DNA of 63,328 nucleotides, filler included, from Perkinsus chesapeaki ATCC PRA-425 (taxonomy: Eukaryota; Protista; Perkinsozoa): assembly GCA_013115145.1 (NCBI GenBank). It is 4 parts of 4 records of this genome, joined end to end, with 100 filler letters (N's around TTAATTAATTAA, not from the genome) between each part and the next. Parts side by side here need not be neighbours in the genome. Positions count along the whole stretch, not along the records: positions 1 to 17,745 come from JAAPAO010000680.1; positions 17,846 to 38,719 come from JAAPAO010000609.1; 2 more parts are not named here. One strand, given 5' to 3'. Shown in pieces: positions 11,383 to 22,520 of this stretch. The notes below the pieces were generated by a model. It was not told the DNA's origin, searched no databases, and saw only the letters and a program-made list of their open reading frames with translations. A program made the position numbers and the translations under genes. How positions within the stretch are numbered: position 1 is the stretch's first letter; each line of letters starts with the position of its first letter.

Positions 11383-11607
11383 AGTTGTACTTGGCAGTTC
11401 TGTTGATTAGTTACTATTAGGTAATAGTTTCAGTGTGAGCTGTGGGGAGTAGTGTTGTTTGGCCTGGGGAGTCACAGGGGGGGGCATCTAGAGTCCGCGG
11501 GAGGAATGAAATTGAGGTTTCCTTGTGGGTTGGTAAAATTTGACCTCCGCATTAGGAACACTGATGGTCCCATGGGAGGGTTGATGACCTAACTGTATGG
11601 CATAATG

Positions 11608-11694
11608 GTTAGGTTAAGTAGTTATCTTACAGTAGGTTAGGCTACAGTTAGGCTAAGTAGTTATCTTACAGTGGGTTAGGCTACAGTTAGGTTA
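11608..11694. repeat. 39-bp tandem repeat, ~2.2 copies
   Basis: gttaggctaagtagttatcttacagtaggttaggctaca at 11608 and 11647. Confidence 0.9.
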
Positions 11695-11786
11695 TCAAAA
11701 TATATTAATAAATGCTAATACGAATACGTATAACTAAGAACCATTATGACATAAAGTCTGTATTAGCATTTATTAATATATTTTGA
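11695..11786. repeat. Perfect 27-bp inverted repeat with 38-bp spacer (foldback or tiny MITE-like)
   Basis: tcaaaatatattaataaatgctaatac (11695-11721) is the exact reverse complement of 11760-11786. No clear TSD. Confidence 0.9.
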
Positions 11787-12301
11787 AGCTCTCAGTTAAA
11801 TTGTTGTCAGCAATTTCGTATCGGATATGCCGAAATAATCGTTAGCTCTTAAGTGTAGACTTGAAGTCCGAGAGTTTCGTACGTAGACGAGGGAACCAAG
11901 ATGGAATTTGTCACCGATTATGTTCGCTGAAGGAACCTTAACCAGGCGAACCAGCCCGGTGTACTAGTCGGACAAACTTTGCAGTGGTGCCGTCGAGGAC
12001 TATTTCGCATTGAGGCGCATTAGAACGTTTCTTATCGGAATGCAAAACTCGAGCCGCAACTGAGAATACTCATCATTGGGAAACATTGATAGGCGAGTAT
12101 CCACGAGTCCGCTCGGATGGGGTTAGGTCTTCCTTGCATGTCGTGTTTGCACTGACTTTGCTGACTCCGATTGAGCTTGCAAAAACTGCGCCATCGCGGA
12201 AACGCCTACTCCATAGTGCGGCTACCATGTGTGGCACGAAGTAGGGATTATGCTTAATATTGCGAAACAGTTAACTAATGCCTATTAATTAGTTTTGTCT
12301 A

Positions 12302-13009
12302 ATGTCTGTACCAACACATATATATGCAGCCAGTAGTTCACCAATAACAATGCCGACGAGAGCAAGTCAGTCCGTGGGTGTCAGCAATGGGACAACAGGA
12401 GCAACAACACCGATGGACGCGAAGAGGATGGCGGAAGAGGTAGCAGCCAATATTATTCAAAGTTGCTGTAGTGCGGAAGCAGCATCGGTACTTAAAATTT
12501 GGGAATTGCAGAGGTTGTTTAATAAACCGATTTTGAAATTCAAAATCGATTTCAGAACTGCTTTTTACACCTTGAAGGTGAAGCTGGAATCGATTATGAA
12601 TCCCAGAATTGATTTAATGCATATGGGAACAACTTTCGAGACGCAAGGTTTTGACCTGCCAGTTTTGGTCCTGCATCCACCGGATCATTCGATTAATACC
12701 GTGGGGTTGTTGATGATGGTTCAACTGCTCAGGCGATGCTGTCGTCCTCTCCTGAGATCGGTCCCACTGGAAGCACGACTGGCAGTGCAGGAGGAGGCAA
12801 GGAGACCTCTTTGGGGCTATCGCTTTTTAGGAAACAAGGGTGAGAGGGGAAGCGGATACTCTGTGCAAAAGGGAGGGGAATATCGGACATTGGTCGGCAG
12901 GCATGTGGAGTTCTGCTGTGGTAGAGTGATAATATCGAGTATTATGTTCCCCAGTGGGTCCGTGCCATCTCGTGTCGAGCGCAATTTGCTGGTTGGGAAG
13001 AGCCTTTGA
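12302..13009 (+). CDS. Intronless 235-aa ORF of unknown function, possibly a retroelement relic
   Basis: Only ORF length and a plausible low-complexity N-terminus support it; no motif recognised. Confidence 0.3.
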   Translation: MSVPTHIYAASSSPITMPTRASQSVGVSNGTTGATTPMDAKRMAEEVAANIIQSCCSAEAASVLKIWELQRLFNKPILKFKIDFRTAFYTLKVKLESIMNPRIDLMHMGTTFETQGFDLPVLVLHPPDHSINTVGLLMMVQLLRRCCRPLLRSVPLEARLAVQEEARRPLWGYRFLGNKGERGSGYSVQKGGEYRTLVGRHVEFCCGRVIISSIMFPSGSVPSRVERNLLVGKSL

Positions 13010-15334
13010 TTTTCGCGCATTTGCGTATCTCACATTGGCACTATATATAGGAAATGAATCCGTTCAAATGGAATGTATTCCCAGTAGGCCATCCATTACC
13101 ACACAGGTGACAGTCTCGCGTTCATAATGGCATTGTGGGCGCGATGTCGTACCGAGCGCGACTCGTTGGTTAGGAAAGATCTTCGTTTCTCGTGCATTTG
13201 CATATCTACAAACTGGCACCCACTTCATAGTGGAGTCGTGCCAAATGGCGTATGTTAAGCGATGATCCAAATGACTCCCGCGATGTTGCACGTACCAAAT
13301 GATTTTCATCGTAGGTACCTCCTGAAGCAGAGTAGCGCGTACTTCACGCAGTGGTTGGAGAGGTAATAGGCATGTAACGGTGTGGTCATTAGTTGGTAAC
13401 GGGCCTTACAGCCTGCTGCCATGTACGGAGGATCTAAAGGAGTTTATCGCGTACAGTGATGAGTTTGTTAGTAGCAGTCGACCCGAAAATTTGAACTGCT
13501 GTACTACCACTACTGATGTTCCTATAGACAACTCAACGCCAAATGGAACGAAGTGAAGAAGTCTTAAACAAGTTCAAATGAATAATAGTGATACTGATAC
13601 TATATCTATTCTCATTCACTTAACTCGTTCTACAGCATGCATATCTCTTCAAAGTATCGCTCGCCCAAAGATATTGCACAATTTATGCGCAATGCGACAG
13701 TGCGACGCATCGGACTCACCCCCGCCGGAGCGCTATAACTATTTTCCGTTTTGTGTATTTTTTCTACTGTTAGGAGCTCTAGCTAGTCAGAACTAACGAC
13801 ACTTGTTCTCTAGACGCAAAAATGACGTTTTAGCGCATAATATAACGGAACCATGACACAGCAATACTTTTATCTGGTCTGGGGCTCTTGCTGTCTGTAT
13901 TGCAATGATTTAGATATGTGACGTTAGAAGGCCCGATGTTGAAGGTATTCACAACTGCAGCCCATCATCAGCCACGACAGAGTGTGTTCCTGGGGCGAGT
14001 AGCAGTAGAAGGGATGTGGTCAGCAAAGGAGAACGAGGACGTAGGCGGCGTGGTGGTGGTGGTGGTGGCGTTGTTGTTTGGTGGGGTTTGCGTAATAGTT
14101 TGAATAGAGAGATACTTGTTGTGCCACCATTAGGCATATTGCTAGTCCAGAAGAAATAGTGACTGCATACCTGTCGTGATACCAGAAATGCGAGAAAGGT
14201 GTAATGATATAGTTCGGTGGTTCACCGAACTGTATCATTGCCAAGCTTCATCGGTGGGGTAATGTTAACTCTGGAATATACGTATCTCTCTAGCCTCGTA
14301 GAAATGTAATCCTCGGGGATCGAAAGGTGCTCCTAATGCGGAAGATATATAACGGAGGCCTTACTGCGAAATATCATGTTTCTAGACAAAGGAATCTTTT
14401 CTGGGAACATTTGTTGGAATTCCTTTGTGACTCATTGATGGAGATCGCTGCAGGTTGAAAAGAGCTTTCTTGGGAAAGATGTAGATTGATTCTGGTCTAT
14501 AGAATGAGCTGCCGAGAGAATCTCGTAGTTGCTCCTATTCAATAGGACCAGCCAGGAACAATTACATTTAAAAAAGTACTTCTTGTCAGAACGCACGGTG
14601 CAGTTTTGTTGAATATTGGCTAATAGGAAGTATTCGAGCTTCACTCGCTTTTGGTTTAGTGGTATCAGAAGACTTCATTATGTTATTGTATTTAGGATGG
14701 TTACGGTGAAGTTTGGTCTTTCGTTATTCGGTGGCCACCACCAGTGAAGAGCCATGAGGAAGGTAAACCTACGAATAGCAACAGTTCTCCCGCTCCCTCT
14801 GCTTTGCTAAGTGACACTTGAGAAATTGGGATCCTATACAGCCAGTGAAATAAGGGGGATTGATCTCCGGTGGCCATATATTTCTCTCCGTCGAACTGTT
14901 ACAACAACAAACACGTGAAACTCGTGGTGATTCCAGAGCCTAAGTTCGGTCTGCCCTCAGCCTCGAGAAGGCCTTGGCCAGCCATCTTAGGAGTGGGGAA
15001 GACTTCACCGGGAAGTGGTGATATTCCTGACATGGAATGCTCCCAACTCCTGTGCGACCTCCGTCGTGAATCATGACCTGTGGTGAACAGTTTGACTATG
15101 TGGGCACTCTTTATTGAGGGTCCTAAAGACTCAGTCTTTTAATGCTGCAGTAATTTAAAGGTTGAGTATAAGCATATGTTGCAGAACAAAGCCTGATTGT
15201 GCCTGGTGGAGGATACCGTATCGGCGATACGGTCTCGCGTATCGCCCCGCACAACGTGAGGACACGAGTCTAGTGCGCCAGTACATAGTATTTTGTGAGG
15301 TTCTCGTTGATAGGAATGAGATGTTTCATTCCCA

Positions 15335-15794
15335 TTGAGTAAGGTGAGGAACATGTGTACGAGGTGTTTGTGCCATGAACGAAAAAGATCTATGAATTCC
15401 ACAGTCAAAATACTGACAGAAATATGCGAAGCACTGAGCACAGACCCATTCCCCATAGCCGTGATATCGCTGGAGCTGGTCGCGGCAGTGCTGAAGAAGG
15501 CGGGCTACAGGACAGTTGGCAGCCATCTGAATACAGCTTGCTCTGCTCGTACTGTTGAGAGATCCACTATACGATCGGGCCGTTAGGAAGCATCAAAAGA
15601 GCACTATGATGAGAGTGTGTGCCAAAACACTGAGAAAGCGGCCGAATAGCTTTCACTATGAGGTTGACGACTTCGTCAATCAGCTCGTATTGCTGCTTGA
15701 CTTCGACCTGCACGAAGGGCTGAGGGGTCCTGAGTCAGGACTCATCATTATGGCTTTTCCACTGGACAGTGTCCAGCATACGGCGTACCTTTGA
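15335..15794 (+). mobile_element. Frameshifted tyrosine-recombinase (DIRS/Ngaro-like) N-terminal relic
   Basis: DPFPIAVISLELVAAVLKKAGYRTVGSHL followed in another frame by DPLYDRAVRKHQKS resembles the integrase N-terminal region of YR retroelements (recognised from memory, not searched). Confidence 0.5.
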
Positions 15795-17745
15795 TCGATA
15801 CTAAGGGTTATGAATGGTCATATTCTAGGTGACCGTTGTTGTGGGTACTACAACACCCATAACTGTCCTACCGATACCGCTAGTAGCAATTGCATCACGT
15901 CTTACTAGTAGTTCATTATAAACTACTACTATAAGCTATTCATTATTATTAATGCAGTGATGGGCGAAGCTGATTTAGTAACCCTCAGGAGGTTTTGAGT
16001 TCATTTCTGCTAACAATAGTTGGAACGACTCCTGATAGACTCACGGTTATCTACCATTCAACTATCGCGCGTTTATCTGCGAGCGTAAAAGTCCCATTTG
16101 AGAAGCCTCATTTGAGGACACTTATACCGCTGAAGAATAAGCTCCATTCAATGAGGTCATTTATTCTACTAAGCTGAACTAACCTTTCTTTCTGCACTCG
16201 TCGGAATGAGCTTTGTCGAAATTTTCAGCGATTACAAGCACGCACCGAGTATCATTCTTGCAGGTGCCGTAGATCCACTCTCTTGGCCGCCTCCGTCCGA
16301 ACTCGAGTTTTTACACATTGGAAGTTATGATCAGCAAGAGTGCGAGGAATGGTTTAGAGCGGTTAAGCAGGCCATCATATCTATTGATAGAACGTAAGCT
16401 TCTCGTTGGTCATCGTTTATGGCCAAGTGAGCGCGATAATGAGCTGCCGAGTTCAACTTCAAGATTACAGCTACCAGCAGTAGCGCACTGCCTGGCCGGC
16501 GGGCCTCCCTGGCTTGCCCAGCCCTGGTACTGGTCGGTTGACTACTCTGGCCAAGAACACAATAAAAGAGTGGCTTGGATTTTATCTCGGGTTTTATCTC
16601 TTGCAATTGTGACTTGCTGTCATTCATCGATAGCTATACGCTGACACTTCTCCAAAGTGTGTTATCCATTTATTATCAAATAGAGCACAAGGCGCAGTAT
16701 GGCTAAGACTTAGCCGCTAAGTAGCTGTATCGATGTTAGCTCTTGGACAGAAGAATCACTCGAGCTCCGAAATTCTCACCCACAGGAGTCCGGCTCCTTA
16801 TCGATCCCCCGTCCATTTGGAAATTGGACCGGAGCTAGCTCGTGACTTGTATCCTGCTTCCCACCGCCAGGCGTAAAACATCAACGCATCTCTCAGCAAA
16901 ATCTCTTTGTCGAGACCAATATCTTTCATGGTTGCTGCAACTCTACTAGCGAATCGCTAGGGTAGGCGTAGGAGAGGAGTCTCCCCAGGAATGCGGTCGA
17001 ATCGAACTGAGTGGTAGCGGTGAACTCGAGACTCGTAATGCGTCGGGCCGCCGAGACATCTTCATTTTTCGAAGCGCTCCTAAGCCTAGGTCGAGTCCCT
17101 GGGATCTTCGTTCTGCAGTTACCGCATTCAAAGTCAATATCGGCAAAGAAGGCTGTCAAGTGACAATAAGATCACCAGCGCAGAAGCATCTAGCGAGAGC
17201 CAGACGGAGAAGGTGGCAGCTCATAGGTTAATCTTGACCTACTTTGTATCTTTCGATAGGTTCGCGCGCATCTTCCAGACCGATTAAAAAGCAAGTATCC
17301 AGCTGCTTTGGAAGATGCCCACAGACTTGATCAATGGGAACCTGTCTTCGCCGGCCATGGGAGTCAAATCTCGGTGAGTTACGACGAATGTGAATAGTAG
17401 ATATGCTATCATTATCCCAAATGATAAGTTGCATTCCTCCAAGGGGTGGTCGACAGCCATTCCTTTCGGTTCAGGACTAATGAGCGAAGCGCGAGTGAAA
17501 CTGACGGTTCACATCCCGAATCTTGCGTGTAGAAATCTTCTGAGGGCGAAACTTCCTCGCTTAATATCAGTGGTATCTAATTATATGCCATTGCTCCCCC
17601 TACGTATGTTGGCAGGTGTTGCTGTACTTGGCTCTCGTTGAACTTGAAGTTAATGAATTGATAACGCATCGACATAGAGCTCGTGGAATAAGAATATATA
17701 CAGCAAAGTTTATGAGTCTACTACTAGACAATCAATCTACACTAA

Positions 17746-17845
17746 NNNNNNNNNNNNNNNNNNNNNNNNNNNNNNNNNNNNNNNNNNNNTTAATTAATTA
17801 ANNNNNNNNNNNNNNNNNNNNNNNNNNNNNNNNNNNNNNNNNNNN
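17746..17845. other. Assembly gap with synthetic TTAATTAATTAA linker
   Basis: 44 N, 12-nt six-frame stop linker, 44 N. Confidence 0.98.
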
Positions 17846-18075
17846 TTGTTATCGTGCATAAGCAATTCCGGATACTGTCCATAGCATACTTTCCACTCGT
17901 CGAGTGCCTTACAGACACGTTTCGTAGTAGGGTGTGCCGTTGGAAATACTCTGAAGAAGCGGGTATACATACCTGAAATGGTAACTGCATATGATAACTC
18001 AGTATCAGGCTGATACTTTACTGGTACTGACTCTACTGGATCCTATGCTGATACTATCAGCATAGGGTCCAGTAA

Positions 18076-18853
18076 ATTACGTACACATGAAACTCGTACA
18101 CGGAATTTTGGACCTTTGACTGGTACACCAAATTCCCGTACACTCACATCTCTGTCGACAAAATGTGATACACCAAAAATAGGTTCAGGGCCAAGTAGTG
18201 CACAAAAATTCCGTTCATATGAGTGTCGTGCACTAAGATTTGGTTCAGTTTGATTTTGTACTCCTCGAACTCGTACACCCGATGGCTCGTACACTTATGC
18301 GAATTTTTTTTAGTTCAGTAGGGAGATCACTAATTTGGTAATCCAAAGGTTGAGCGTTCAATCCCCAGAGGCGACATAACCGGCAAACTTTGTCTGTCCG
18401 GCGGAGCAATTAGCACTTCTGGGGAGATCAATATTGAGTCAATGCGACATTGAATTGTGTAGTCAGATTGCTCTAGTGGTATAAGGGCTATCTGACATGG
18501 GCAAGGTTCTAGGTTCGAATCTAACCCGGGGTATTTTCAGTTCATGGGAGTGTGAGGAGCTCAAAGCCTTGGGGTGAACAAGCTGGGAGTTGAAGGCGGG
18601 GCCGGCGCGGAAAATTCTAAAAGGCAGTTGATGCGGCCGCATCAACTGCCTTGTAACTTTTAGTGTACTGAATGCAAGTGTACCGAGCTTATGGATACGA
18701 GATAATAGTGAACGTACTTTTGGTGGTCGAACTGCCGATGATCTGAATAGGAGCGAACGAGCTGACTGTGTACGTGTTTCAAGCAATCGAGTTGAGTATG
18801 AACGTGATTTATGGAGATTGAACATTAAGTGTACGTGTTTTATGTGTACTAAT
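18076..18853. mobile_element. Non-autonomous TIR element with oriented CGTACAC subterminal motifs
   Basis: attacgtacacatgaaactcgtacac (18076-18101) nearly matches the reverse complement of 18829-18853. CGTACAC-like motifs repeat on the left and GTGTAC on the right. Exact ends and TSD unresolved. Confidence 0.55.
18462..18533 (+). pseudogene. tRNA-derived relic (Val-like) inside the TIR element
   Basis: CTCT/AGGG D stem, TAGTGGTA A-box, AAGGT variable loop, GGTTCGAATC B-box, followed by TTTT. Acceptor and anticodon stems are broken. Confidence 0.45.
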
Positions 18854-19857
18854 CGTTAACATCCCGTCTGAAGGTGCCGAAGCTCCGGTGCAACTCGGCG
18901 TCAGACAATTATCTTTCGGCCACTATGTTAGCGCAGAACCCAATATGCCTAGTATTTCGAAGTTCCGAAGTCCGAGACATGTCACGGGCCTCCTCGAATT
19001 GAGAATCTCGGCACCACTTCGAATTCAAGTTTATATGGATTTGGGAACACACTTGATAGGCAACTCTGATGAGCCGATGCAACCGGTTGTATACTGACCA
19101 CACTTAAATGCCGCGATACATCTTTACAGATACTATGACTATAGAGGTACGGGATACCCTGTTTGCTTGCTACCTTGAAGGTAGCAAGCAAACAGAAGGG
19201 AATTGAAGGGGAAGTTCCCCCAGTCTCCTGTGAAGTACAACGATTTTTAATGCGAGGCATCTTCTGGTTTATGTGTAGCGAAGACGACTCGATAGGTACA
19301 TTATACTCTAACTAATATCGCCCAATGACCTCAAGCAATCAATATTAGTTTAGACTTGTTGCGTGGCTAGCTCAGAGATGATAGCATCATAGCACTTGAT
19401 GCCATCAAGTTGATGGGATACTTAGATCATAGCAGACGGCGAAAATAGCCTAGTACACCAAGAATTCTTCTTGCTAGTCGACCAATGGTAAATAGTAGTT
19501 GTCAACTACCGCAACTGCGGGATATATCAACTAGCCATCTGTAGTATACACTAGCTACCGGCTTGCTTACGTCAGCATTGATGTCTCGTAGTCCGTACGC
19601 TGGGTACCATATCTCATTCGCAGACTCGAACAATCGTGCAGCATATTCCGCGAACCCTACAATAGTCTTGTAAACTTTATGCATCACAACAAAAGCAAAC
19701 TCGAGGAAGGGCTACTAACAACACAAAATGTATTGAAATAGATGCTTCAAGGAAACACGAGAATCAACATAAGAAAAGTAAACCAGAATTCCATTAACAT
19801 AATAAGTATGGCATATTTTCATAGACTAAGTTGTTGAGAAGTATCACTTCAAGTGAT

Positions 19858-21819
19858 TCACTTGCCGCTGGTATGTTTGGGTTTAAGACAGAGAGTGACT
19901 TCGGGTGGCTGAAGAACAACAGGGCTAACGAACTTGGGACCCAGAGACGTCATATCATCTTTGATCTTAATGTCATCAAGCCTTCTGAAAATATTGGCGA
20001 TCAACATAACAATAACTCTCGTAGCAAAATATTGTCCAGGGCATTGGCGTGGGCCATATCCAAATCCAACAAACTCCCGCACCTTCTTCCTGTCTACAGA
20101 TTTACCATCCTCATTCAACCAACGTTCGGGCCTGGCAATAGCAATGTCCGTCACAACAGAAAGTGTCCGAGGTTGACTAGCTTACTCGAATAAGGATCCA
20201 TTCTCGTAGTCATCTATCAATACTTTTTGAAAGCACCCGATAATTCTGGTACCAGCTCGTAGATGCTGACCGCACAGCTCGCAGTCTCTCAAGGCAAATA
20301 TGGGGAGTACGGGACCGGGAGCTCGTAACTGCAGAACTTTGACTAGAGACACCTCCAGGTGATAATGCTTACTCTAAGACTCTCAAGCATACACGCCTCT
20401 ATATAAGGGAGGTTTAGAATATCTTCATAAGTTTCTGGCTCTTTCCCAAGATCAGCTACTTCCGCCTTGATTCTCTCCTTTATCTGTGGCTTAGAACATA
20501 TATTTTCCAGTGTCTTCGTTGCCGTTATTGATATAGTATCACCTCCGGCGGCCAAGTACCTGGCAATTGGGTGAATCAGCAGGAGTATCGAGTCCTCACC
20601 AACTCCTACATGTGCATGACGCCCAAAAGTTCATCCTTTGTCAAGTTCGGGGCAGTTCCTAATACCCCAGTAGTAGCAGATGGGTTCTTTTCTAAATATC
20701 TAAGTCGCCTCTGGAGAGTTTCTTCCATAAGTGAGCGTAGCTCATTCCATTGACGGTGGAACTACCGAAGAGAAAGAACAATACAGGGCGATAGCAGCAA
20801 GACGTTCGAGAGAACTTGACGCTTATGAAGTGCCTACTCGTCGAGTCTCCGGGAAGAGCACTTTCCAGATAAGCCTGTCTTCATACATAAAGTTGAATCG
20901 ACTCGTTTGCTTATGAAATGTATCCCTCACGAATCTCACAATCGTTTCTTGTAATTCAGGATTGAAGAAAGGATCTGAGACGAGAAAACAAATCAAGAGA
21001 TGATGGTTGGTGGCGTTACATTACCATCAGTGAAGGTATCCTTGTCACCACCAAGAGTAATAATAGATGCCATCTTGAAAGTTAAAAATGGGAGTTCAGA
21101 TGTGATATTCCACTCGACATAGCCATCAAGTAGTTGGCGCCTCTCGATGTCTCCAATCTACAAGCGATAGACTCGCATCGCATTCTATATGGAGGAGCTT
21201 GAGGGTCCCTTACCATATCATTAATAGCCTTTGAGATCAAGGGAAGAAAGGCGTTAACATGACGTTCACTGAGGGGCCATGCAGTTAGCCTTTTTAATCT
21301 CGAGAATTCCGATCCTTCTGCCAGACCATAGTTGGGTAGATCAAGAAGAGGAGGGAAGTCAGTCCGGCTGTATGTATTGATGCGGTTCTTGAGTATATTG
21401 CGATATACCTTAGGATTTGATACAACGATAATCTTCCCTGTTAGAGTTCTGAAATATAGAAACTCGCTCATACAGTAGTTGGGGATACATTCTCACCGAA
21501 GGCAGAATACATCGCCGTACTTCTCCGCACAATCGAGAATGAAAGCTACTTTGTCCTCTGCACTCTTGAAAAGCAAAGGAAGGAGGGACAGCATCTATAG
21601 TGAATCCGAAGTAACCACAAAACTCATAGACTGATTTCTTACACTTGGTCCAGGTAATGTTGTCGACTTTGCTTGAAGTTTGTTGATAACCAGCTTAGTC
21701 ATAGTTACTCCAGCCACCACAGCCCCAGCCGCAATAACGAGAAGCGGGCCTTTACCACGTATGCCATCATTCTTCATCACATCCTTTAGTTTAGCGACGA
21801 TGCCCAATAGATATGCCAT
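19858..21819 (-). CDS. Cytochrome P450, multi-exon
   Basis: N-terminal hydrophobic anchor, I-helix AAGGDT, ExxR (ESLR), PERW and heme motif FGYGPRQCPG. Confidence 0.93.
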
Positions 21820-21897
21820 TTCTCAGATACGTTGAGATCCCACGCAATCCTAAGGAAACAGTCCTGACGTGACTCGGTCACCGTGGCAGGATGATGT

Positions 21898-22127
21898 GGC
21901 CTACAGTATGACGTGTCCAATTTTGCTGACGTGTCCTGGCCTACAGTATGACGTGTTCAATTTTGCTGACGTGTCATGGCCTACAGTATGACGTGTTCAA
22001 TTTCGCTGACGTGTCCTGGCCTACAGTATGACGTGTCCAATTTTGCTGACGTGTCCTGGTCTAGAGTATGACGTGTCCAATTTTGCTGACGTGTCCTGGC
22101 CTACAGTATGACACGTTCAATTTCGCT
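21898..22127. repeat. 40-bp minisatellite, ~5.75 copies, upstream of the P450
   Basis: Unit ggcctacagtatgacgtgtccaattttgctgacgtgtcct starts at 21898, 21938, 21978, 22018, 22058 and 22098. Confidence 0.97.
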
Positions 22128-22501
22128 CTTTGGCCTGGTTTCCTCTGCATTCGCCCTGTCACCGAACGTGACGCAGACGTGTTGGGCGGGCACGGGGTAA
22201 CGAGAAGAGCCTGGGTGGTAATTTCACTGATGCATCACCCATCGCTTGGTTTTGTTCTTTGTGACTCTGCGCCGCCAGCTATGTCACACTGCGGTTCAGC
22301 AGTTCCCGTGCTTGAGACAGGGTTTGGTGGTGCATTTTGTCTTGCAGGGTCTCATCATTTGAATTCGCATGGCTGCTTTTTCTATTTGTTACGGTTGAGT
22401 TATTGCCAATCAATCACAAGATAGTCAGTAATCAACATATTAGCGTGTCATATATATGTGAGTTCCAAGTAGCAATGGGTTCCATAACAAATACTCTTAC
22501 C

Positions 22502-22520
22502 AGAGAGAGAGAGAGAGAGA
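22502..22520. repeat. (AG)n microsatellite
   Basis: About 9 AG units. Confidence 0.9.

Noticed and set aside
11431-11572. CAGTGT...ACACTG as a hAT MITE
   Set aside because: Only 6 bp of terminal inversion and no target-site duplication.
17790-17801. TTAATTAATTAA motif repeated three times in the window
   Set aside because: Always centred in 100-bp N gaps; a synthetic scaffold linker.
21898-22127. CRISPR-like array
   Set aside because: Contiguous tandem units with no unique spacers; eukaryotic context and no cas genes.
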